From Kiritimatiellia bacterium (GTDB taxonomy: Bacteria > Verrucomicrobiota > Kiritimatiellia > RFP12 > UBA3636), in NCBI GenBank assembly GCA_017457625.1, contig JAFTHC010000201.1:1-41475 (forward strand): a stretch of 41,475 nucleotides of DNA, written 5' to 3'. This document shows, piece after piece, positions 35,172 to 41,475 of the stretch. Under the pieces are notes generated by a model. The model did no database searches. It was not told the origin of the DNA and saw only the letters and a list, made by a program, of their open reading frames with translations. A program made the translations under genes and the position numbers. Positions within the stretch are counted from its first letter, which is position 1, and every line of letters begins with the position of its first letter.

Positions 35172-36221
35172 TTACAGGAAACCGTTCTTGCGATACCAGT
35201 CGTAGGTGAGCTTGAGGCCTTCGTCGAGCTTGACCTTCGGGACGTAGTCGAGCTCCTTGAAAGCCTTGCTCTCCGGGCCCGTGACGAAACCGCGGTTCTG
35301 GCGATACCAGTCCACGCGGCGCGGGAACAGCGGCGGGTCGCCGGGCAGGATCTTCCAGACCGCCGCGACGAGGAACGAGAGCCAATACATCGGGTAGAAC
35401 GGCAGGTGGACCATGCGGCTGCCCTTGATCAGGCCGTCCGCCTTTTCGATATCCGCGATCTTCTTGACGATGTCCTTGATGTAGAAGAACTTGTCGTCCG
35501 CGATGATGTAGGTCTGCCCCTTGGAGGCGGGGTGCGACATCGCAAGCGTGAACGCATCGCAGAAGTTCTCCACGTAGACCGGGTGGTAGAACGCCTCGCC
35601 GCGGCCGAAGAACGGGAACCAGCCCTTCTTGACCTGCTTGTAGATCATGAGGAAGCGGGCGGGGTCGCCGGGGCCGTAGAGCGCCGTGGGGCGCAGGATC
35701 GTGATGTCAAAGTCCGGGTTGGCCTTCATGAACTCCCGCGCGACCTCCTCGCCCTTGTATTTCGTGAGCTGGTAGTAGTCCTCGGGCTTGATCGGGCTCT
35801 CCTCGCTGCCGGGGCGCGGGGGCTTTTCCGAGAGGGACGCGATGTCGCCGTGGACGCCCTGCGTGGAGCAGTAGATCACCTTCTTGACGCCCGACTCCTT
35901 GCAGATTTCGAGCAGGGAGCGCATCGCGTCGACGTTCGTGGCGTCGTAGACGGCGTGCGAGACGTTGATCAGGCGGAAGGCGGCCGCGAGGTGGTAGACC
36001 GCGTCGCACCCCGCCACGGCGCGGCGGAGGTCTTCGGGCTTGGTCACGTCGCCCACGATCACCTCGGCGCCGAGGCTGCGGAGCTCGTCGAGGAGTTCGG
36101 CCTGCTTGGGATTGGGGGAACTGTTGTTGTCGAGGACGACGCACTTGTTGCCTTCGCGCAGCACGTGCTTGACGAGATGGCTGCCGGTGAAACCGGTCCC
36201 GCCGGTGACTAGGATTTTCAT
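35172..36221 (-). CDS. NAD-dependent epimerase/dehydratase (extended SDR)
   Basis: MKILVTGGTGFTGSHL, VYHLAA, YCST, YQLTK, LRPTALYGPGD. Confidence 0.92.
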   Translation of the reverse strand: MKILVTGGTGFTGSHLVKHVLREGNKCVVLDNNSSPNPKQAELLDELRSLGAEVIVGDVTKPEDLRRAVAGCDAVYHLAAAFRLINVSHAVYDATNVDAMRSLLEICKESGVKKVIYCSTQGVHGDIASLSEKPPRPGSEESPIKPEDYYQLTKYKGEEVAREFMKANPDFDITILRPTALYGPGDPARFLMIYKQVKKGWFPFFGRGEAFYHPVYVENFCDAFTLAMSHPASKGQTYIIADDKFFYIKDIVKKIADIEKADGLIKGSRMVHLPFYPMYWLSFLVAAVWKILPGDPPLFPRRVDWYRQNRGFVTGPESKAFKELDYVPKVKLDEGLKLTYDWYRKNGFL

Positions 36222-36273
36222 GGTAACGGTCCGTTCGGATGGTGTTGGAAGGCGTTCGGCCGGCACGGGAGCG

Positions 36274-37077
36274 CTAGTGCTCGTAGTCCGTTTCCGAAAT
36301 GCCGCCGACGCGGATGTCGAGGTTGGAGACGTCTTCGACGCGGCTCACGGCGCCGCCGGCGATCCAGACGATGCGGTCGGATGCCTTGAGCATCTTGAAG
36401 TCGTGCGTCGCGGTGATGACGGTGACGCCCTCGGAGACGCAGAGCTTCTTCATCAGCTCGATGATCTCCTGGCCGGTCTTCTGGTCGAGGTTGGCCGTCG
36501 GTTCGTCCGCGAGGATGATCGACGGGTCGTTGGCGAGCGCGCGCGCCACGGCGATGCGCTGCTGCTGGCCGCCGGAACATTCGCCGGGCGTGTGGTCCAG
36601 GCGGTGGCCGAGGCCCACGAGCTCCAGCACGTGTTTGGCGCGCGCCTCGGCCTCCTTCTCCGGCACGCCGAGGAAGGTGAGCGGCAGCATCACGTTGCCG
36701 AGCGCGGTGAGCCACGGGATCAGGTTGTAGGACTGGAACACGTAGCCGATGTGCTTGCAGCGGAAGTAGGAGAGCTCGCTCGACTTGAGGCTCGGCAGGG
36801 ACACGCCGCCGACGGACACCTGGCCCGCCGACGGCACGTCCAGCGCGCCGATCATGTTGAAGAGGGTCGACTTGCCCGAACCCGACGGGCCCATGATCGA
36901 AACGTATTCGTTGCGGTAGATGTCGAGGTTGATGTCGTGCAGCGCGTAGACCGTCTCGCCGCCCTTGGCGTAGATCTTGTCCACGCCGCGGACTTCGACC
37001 AGCACTTCCTTGCCGGGCGGGGGTGGAGGAGGCCGGTAGGGCTTCCGGTTCTTCGTTTCTTCGTCGGGTCCGGACAT
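36274..37077 (-). CDS. ABC transporter ATP-binding protein (LolD/MacB-like)
   Basis: GPSGSGKST, IGYVFQSYNLIP, SGGQQQRIAVARALANDP, ADEPTANLD, TATHD. Confidence 0.93.
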   Translation of the reverse strand: MSGPDEETKNRKPYRPPPPPPGKEVLVEVRGVDKIYAKGGETVYALHDINLDIYRNEYVSIMGPSGSGKSTLFNMIGALDVPSAGQVSVGGVSLPSLKSSELSYFRCKHIGYVFQSYNLIPWLTALGNVMLPLTFLGVPEKEAEARAKHVLELVGLGHRLDHTPGECSGGQQQRIAVARALANDPSIILADEPTANLDQKTGQEIIELMKKLCVSEGVTVITATHDFKMLKASDRIVWIAGGAVSRVEDVSNLDIRVGGISETDYEH

Positions 37078-37104
37078 GTCGTTTTCCCGTGTTGGTGGCG
37101 GACG

Positions 37105-38247
37105 CTAGTCTTTGATGCGGATTTCGTGGCCGGCCTTGGCCGAATCGTAGAGGCCGCAGAGGATCTTCTGGACGTTGAGGCCGATTTCGCCGGAAGCGCC
37201 GAGCGGCGTGCCCTTGAGGCAGCCGTCGATCCAGTTCTGGAGCTTCTTCTTGAAGATGTAGTCCCAGCCGGAGTCGGGCATGAAGACGGGCTGCATGTTG
37301 ACCATCATGTCGTTCTGGTCGGTGTAGATTTCGCTCGTGCTCCACTGGCAGCCGGCCTTCGTGCCGTAGGCCCACCAGTCCTCCACGTCGTGCTCCTTCT
37401 GGTGGTCCGCGAACGACGCCTCGATCTGCATGATCGTGCCGTTTTCGAAGCGGATCTGGCCGCAGGCGAAGTCCTCGACCGTGTAGGTCTTGTGGTCCCA
37501 GCCGGGCCACATCGACATGACGGTCGAGGGCTTGTTCCCGAGGAACGTCCAGCAGCCGGCGGAGGCGTAGACGGGCTTGGGGTTGCCGAGGAACGCCATC
37601 GCGCTCTCGATGATGTGCACGCCGATGTCGATGAGCGGACCGCCGCCCTGCTTGTCCTTCTGGCCGAAGACGCCCCAGTTCGGGATGCCGCGGCGGCGGC
37701 AGGCGCGCACCTTGACGAGCATCACGTCGCCGAAGAAGCCCTCGGCGCGCATCTTCGCGAGGTTCTCGCTGTTGTGCTGGTAGCGGCGCTGGAATCCGAC
37801 GGACAGCTTGACGCCGTTCTTCTTGGCGGCGGCGACCATGTCCTTGCACTCCTTCACGGTCATGGCCATGGGCTTCTCGGTGATCGCGTGCAGGCCCTCG
37901 TTGCAGGCGTCGATCACGGCGGGGGCGTGCACGCCGTTGGGGGTGCACACGTCGACTGCGTCGATCTTGCCCTTCATCGCCTTGAACATCGCGCGCCAGG
38001 GCTTCTGCGTGCCGTCGCGGAAGAGCGCCTCCTTCGGGATGCCCCACTTCTCGTTCATGAGGTCGAGCCGGTCCTGGACGATGTCGCACCCCGCCACGAC
38101 TTCGGCGTTGTCGATGTCCTTGAACGCGGCCATGTGGGCCTGTGCGATGCCGCCGCATCCGATGATCGCGACGCGGAGTTTCTTGCCCTTGTAGGCGGTT
38201 TTCTTGCCCGCGATCGCGGTGGAAACGCTCATGTTGTTGTCGGCCAT
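37105..38247 (-). CDS. Gfo/Idh/MocA family oxidoreductase
   Basis: LRVAIIGCGGIA, VDVCTPNGVH, EKPMA, GGGPLIDIGVH, VEDFA; GAGGA SD upstream of ATG 38247. Confidence 0.93.
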   Translation of the reverse strand: MADNNMSVSTAIAGKKTAYKGKKLRVAIIGCGGIAQAHMAAFKDIDNAEVVAGCDIVQDRLDLMNEKWGIPKEALFRDGTQKPWRAMFKAMKGKIDAVDVCTPNGVHAPAVIDACNEGLHAITEKPMAMTVKECKDMVAAAKKNGVKLSVGFQRRYQHNSENLAKMRAEGFFGDVMLVKVRACRRRGIPNWGVFGQKDKQGGGPLIDIGVHIIESAMAFLGNPKPVYASAGCWTFLGNKPSTVMSMWPGWDHKTYTVEDFACGQIRFENGTIMQIEASFADHQKEHDVEDWWAYGTKAGCQWSTSEIYTDQNDMMVNMQPVFMPDSGWDYIFKKKLQNWIDGCLKGTPLGASGEIGLNVQKILCGLYDSAKAGHEIRIKD

Positions 38248-38309
38248 GGCGTGGGAATCCTCTTGTGTGGTGTTTGTTGTCTTGTTTTTGCGCGGTTCCG
38301 CGCGTGAAG

Positions 38310-40148
38310 CTATTGGCGGAGGAAGCGGCCGTCGAACGGGATTTTCACGTCGTGCGCGCGGCCGACGGCGGCCATTTCGGAAAGGAGCGCCGGGTCGGGG
38401 GCGCGCACGTAGGCGGCCACGAGATCGTAGATGCGCGTGCGGGCCCAACTCGTGGCGAGGGCGGGGTCGCCTTCGCCGGGAGCGGGGTCGCCGAGCGGCA
38501 GCTCGTAGACCATGTCGTAGCTCCGGCCGGCGTTGACGCCGCGCGCCTGGAAGGCGACGGAACGCGTGCCGGCCGGCGCGCGGCCGAGCAGGCGCAGCGG
38601 GCGGTCGAGGTAGAGGTTTTCGGTGCGCTCGGGGCCGACGACGGCGCCGGACGCGGAATCGAACCGGAAGCGCACGTCCGCGAGGACCGGCGCTCCGAGC
38701 GTGGAGAAAATCCCGTCGAACGCGGCGGGGATTTCGAAGCGGTCGCGGGGGATCGCGGCCGGGGCGCCGCGGTTGCACAGCGAGAGCATCGAGAGCAGGT
38801 ATTCGTCCGACCCGCGCGACACGCCCACGTCGAAGACGGAAAGCGAACCGTCGTTGAGCTTGGCGAACTCGCCGATGATCTGCGAGTCGCGGCGGAAGTC
38901 GCCGGCGTTGCTCGCGCCGTCGGAGAGCAACAGCGCGAGCGCCGCACGCCCCGGGTCGCGCGGCAGCGAGAGCGCGCCCTTGACGGCGTTGAAGATGTCG
39001 GTCCGGCCGTCGGAAACCATCGCGTCGAGGAACGCGCCGGCGGCGGCGGTTTCGTCCGGCGTCGCCTCGGCCCAGCCGCCGGGGCGGAAGAAGCGGTTCT
39101 CGGTGTTGAAGACCAGGACGTTGAAGCGGTCGCCGGGGCGCAGCGCGGCGATCGCGTCCTTGATCGCCTTGCGGCACGGAGCAAGGCGCTGCGGTCCCAG
39201 CGAGCCGGACGCGTCCTGCACGAAGAGCACGTCGCGCGGGATCGGCGGCAGGACGTCCGCGCCCTTGCGCGCCACGTCGATTTCGAAGTAGACGAAACCG
39301 TCGTCGCGGCGCGGGCGGAAGACCGAGATGCGCGGCGCGAGCACGTCGTCGAGCGGGACGGCCGGCCGGACCTCTTCCGGCGTTTCGACGGCGAACGACG
39401 CGGCTGCCTGGCCGGACGCGGCGCTCCCCGCCTCGATCTGCGCGGGCACGGCGGCGACGGGCGGCGCGAGCAGCTCGTCGGACGCGCCGCCCGAGTCGCC
39501 GCGCGGCGGCGGCGCCGGCGGAACCCACGCCGCGGCGTCCGCGTCGCCGGAGAGCGCCGTCTCCACGGGCTTGGACGCCGTGAACGGCGCGACGACGTCT
39601 TCGGCGCGGACCTGGCGCTCGATGTCGGGGATCAGTTCGGTGCGCGGGCGCGCGGCCAGGTCGTCGTTGGCGAAGCGGGACGCGATTTCGAGGATGCGCT
39701 CGCGCGGCTGCCACGGGGCGGCCGGCTCCGCCTCGAGCGTTTCGACCGGCGGGGCCACGCCCGCCTGCGCGGGATCCGCGTCGCGCCGGACGGCCGGCGG
39801 GTCGAACATCGTGGCGGGCGAACCGGTCGGGACCGACTCCATCAGCTCGGCGACCGATTCGCGGCCGGGGTCGGCGGTGCGGCCGGCCGCGGAAAGCGTC
39901 TCGACCGCCGGCTCGGGCGGCGGATCGGCCACGAGGACCGTGTCGCGCCGGGGGCGTTCCGCGTTCTGCCGCAGCGCCGCCGGGTCGAGCGAAAGCGCGC
40001 CGAGGAAGCCCAGGCGCGAGTCGCGGGTCGCCCAGCCGAAGACCGCGTGCAGGACGACCGACGCGACGACCGCCGCCACGAGGAAGACGGCGTGCGATTC
40101 GCCGCCGTCTTCGTGGGCGCGTGCGAGGGAACGGAACGAGGGATCCAT
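38310..40148 (-). CDS. Membrane-anchored protein with Pro/Ala-rich linker and C-terminal VWA domain
   Basis: TM AVFLVAAVVASVVLHAVFGW; VWA DVLFVQDASGSL, GDRFNVLVFN, TDIFNAV, LLLSDG, LLSMLSLCNRG. Confidence 0.8.
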   Translation of the reverse strand: MDPSFRSLARAHEDGGESHAVFLVAAVVASVVLHAVFGWATRDSRLGFLGALSLDPAALRQNAERPRRDTVLVADPPPEPAVETLSAAGRTADPGRESVAELMESVPTGSPATMFDPPAVRRDADPAQAGVAPPVETLEAEPAAPWQPRERILEIASRFANDDLAARPRTELIPDIERQVRAEDVVAPFTASKPVETALSGDADAAAWVPPAPPPRGDSGGASDELLAPPVAAVPAQIEAGSAASGQAAASFAVETPEEVRPAVPLDDVLAPRISVFRPRRDDGFVYFEIDVARKGADVLPPIPRDVLFVQDASGSLGPQRLAPCRKAIKDAIAALRPGDRFNVLVFNTENRFFRPGGWAEATPDETAAAGAFLDAMVSDGRTDIFNAVKGALSLPRDPGRAALALLLSDGASNAGDFRRDSQIIGEFAKLNDGSLSVFDVGVSRGSDEYLLSMLSLCNRGAPAAIPRDRFEIPAAFDGIFSTLGAPVLADVRFRFDSASGAVVGPERTENLYLDRPLRLLGRAPAGTRSVAFQARGVNAGRSYDMVYELPLGDPAPGEGDPALATSWARTRIYDLVAAYVRAPDPALLSEMAAVGRAHDVKIPFDGRFLRQ

Positions 40149-40157
40149 GGCGCGGCG

Positions 40158-40535
40158 CTAGGGGGCGTAGGGTTTCTCGAAGGCGTCCTCGAAGGAGTAG
40201 ACGTCCTTGAAATCGTCCTGCGAGTCGGTCGGCTTCTTGCCGAAGACGCCCTCGCGGACGAGGGCGTGGACGATGCGGCCGAAGTCGGCCGTCTCGAAAA
40301 CGCCCCACTGTGAAAGGACGAGCAGGGAAAGCGGGCCGAACTCCTCCAGCGCGTGGTCGCGGAGGCCCTCGCAGAGCTCGCGGCCGGTCACGTGGCGGTC
40401 CTTGGCGTCCTCGCGGCCGAGGGCGCGGACGGTCCGGTCCAGCGCCTCGCGCACGAAGTAGTAGGCCTCCGCGTCGTAGTCGCCGTCCTTTTCGCAGATG
40501 CGCGAAACCGCGTCCTCGAAGGATTGCTCGTTCAT
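40158..40535 (-). CDS. Minf_1886 family protein (Planctomycetes/Verrucomicrobia conserved hypothetical)
   Basis: EAYYFVREALD, RHVTGRELCEG, EFGPL..VLSQWGV..TADFGRIV..LV, TDSQDDFKDVYSFEDAF. Confidence 0.85.
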   Translation of the reverse strand: MNEQSFEDAVSRICEKDGDYDAEAYYFVREALDRTVRALGREDAKDRHVTGRELCEGLRDHALEEFGPLSLLVLSQWGVFETADFGRIVHALVREGVFGKKPTDSQDDFKDVYSFEDAFEKPYAP

Positions 40536-40543
40536 GGGCGCGC

Positions 40544-40644
40544 ATTCTAGCGCATCCGCCCCCGCGCGCGCAAGCGGATTCGCGCCGGGGTTGTAATCGG
40601 TCGGGAATCGGGGTTTGACCGCGGGCGGGAGCGTGCGCTAGAAT
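40544..40644. promoter_or_regulatory. Divergent pair of sigma70-type promoters, both probably leaderless
   Basis: Minus: TTGCGC-18-TAGAAT-8nt-ATG40535. Plus: TTGACC-18-TAGAAT-7nt-ATG40652. Confidence 0.72.
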
Positions 40645-40651
40645 GGGTTGC

Positions 40652-41475
40652 ATGAAACGCATCCTCCCCGCCCTCGCCGCCGCGGCGCTCGCCGCCGCCG
40701 TTCCCTCCGCCGCCTTCGCGGAAAAGACCGCCCCCGTCCGCGTCGCCACGTGGAAGGGCGACGCCATGGGCGCCGTCTCGCTCTACTACGACGACGGCAC
40801 GGGCTCGTCCTTCCGGAACGCCCTGCCCGAACTCGTGCGCCGCGGCCTCGCCGGCACGTTCTACATCTGCGGCGGCTGGTTCGGGAGCGAGGACGACCCG
40901 AACCTCGTGCGCTGGGGGACGGCCGCGAAGGAGCATCCGAAGTCGGTCTTCCTCGGCGACCACACGTGGGCGCACGGCGGCGTCACCAACGCGGCCCAGT
41001 TCGCGGAGGAGATCGCGCGCAACGGCGCGCTCCTGCGCCGCCTGGCGGGGCTTCCCGAGGACGAGCCGCTCTCCTTCGCGCTGCCCGGCGCCGTGCGCTG
41101 GGACGTCACGCCGGAAGAGCAGGCGAAGGTTCTCGCCGACCATCACGAGGTGCTGCGCCATCCCTTCGAGCCGAACATCGCCGGCCCCAAGGACGGCAAC
41201 AATCCGACCTTCTCGATGCGCACGGCGGCCGACGCCGCCGAGGCCTTCGACCGCGCGGAGAAGGACGGCGGCTGGGAGTCGCTCATTTTCCACGGCATCG
41301 GCGGCGACTGGATCGCGTTCGACCTCGAAGAGCACGGCAGGATGCTCGACGAGCTCGAGGCCCGCGTCAAGGCCGGCCGCCTCTGGTGCGGCTCGGCGAT
41401 CGACGTGCACCGCTACGCGGCGGCGCGCGACGCGATCCGCTTCACGGACGTGGAGGTTTCGGAGGACGGCCTCGA
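40652..41475 (+). CDS. Secreted polysaccharide deacetylase (CE4/NodB-like); partial, runs off the right edge; not in the ORF track
   Basis: Manual translation: MKRILPALAAAALAAAVPSAAFA, then VATWKGDAMGAVSLYYDDG, GLAGTFYI, GDHTWAH, SFALPG, GGWESLIFHGIGGDW, LWCG. Confidence 0.85.
   Translation, partial: MKRILPALAAAALAAAVPSAAFAEKTAPVRVATWKGDAMGAVSLYYDDGTGSSFRNALPELVRRGLAGTFYICGGWFGSEDDPNLVRWGTAAKEHPKSVFLGDHTWAHGGVTNAAQFAEEIARNGALLRRLAGLPEDEPLSFALPGAVRWDVTPEEQAKVLADHHEVLRHPFEPNIAGPKDGNNPTFSMRTAADAAEAFDRAEKDGGWESLIFHGIGGDWIAFDLEEHGRMLDELEARVKAGRLWCGSAIDVHRYAAARDAIRFTDVEVSEDGL

Noticed and set aside
30637-36212. Very long ORFs 30637..35385(-) and 30882..36212(+), and similar ones such as 9399..13313, 9701..13360, 13881..17639, 26370..29375
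   Set aside because: Arg/Ala/Gly/Pro-rich shadow frames overlapping well-supported genes; expected at this GC content where stop codons are scarce
40547-41410. Minus-strand ORF 40547..41410 as a gene
   Set aside because: It is antisense to the plus-strand CE4 deacetylase, which has a promoter, signal peptide and catalytic motifs
1-41475. tRNA, rRNA, riboswitch, prophage or known defence system
   Set aside because: Intergenic gaps are short and mostly explained by promoters or repeats; no cloverleaf, rRNA-like, integrase, phage or recognisable defence motifs were seen by eye (a covariance-model scan would be needed to exclude small RNAs)

Overview
Very GC-rich bacterial chromosomal segment, most likely from a PVC-superphylum organism (Kiritimatiellae/Verrucomicrobia-like; inferred from a Minf_1886-type gene, a MurC-MurB fusion and a secreted protein ending in a short G-T-hydrophobic-R tail). 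It holds 30 complete and 2 partial CDSs. Most long ORFs in the supplied track are antisense or alternate-frame shadows, and two real genes (a serpin at the left edge, a CE4 deacetylase at the right edge) are missing from the track. Left end: a glycan-use locus (GH29 alpha-L-fucosidase, a regulator fusing an IS630-type HTH to GntR and LacI-like domains, a secreted four-discoidin-domain protein, a GH38-like hydrolase). The rest is mixed housekeeping: queH, tetR, murC-murB, DUF2851, PHP, BatB/C-like, rhaM, acyl-ACP thioesterase, pyrD, uvrB, trmB, galK-like, chrA-like, outer-membrane barrel, fkp, mcsA/mcsB-like, CCA-adding enzyme, hisC, short alaS, epimerase, ABC ATPase, Gfo/Idh/MocA, VWA. I saw no tRNA, rRNA, CRISPR or intact mobile element. 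Most notable: an mcsA-mcsB-fkp unit whose McsB has lost its catalytic motifs; an apparently nested discoidin domain architecture; 11 genes with sigma70-type promoters ending 7-9 nt before the ATG (leaderless mRNAs); TAG-dominated stop codons with shared CTAG overlaps; and short palindromes or periodic repeats sitting in frame inside genes. All family calls come from motif recognition by eye, not from database searches.
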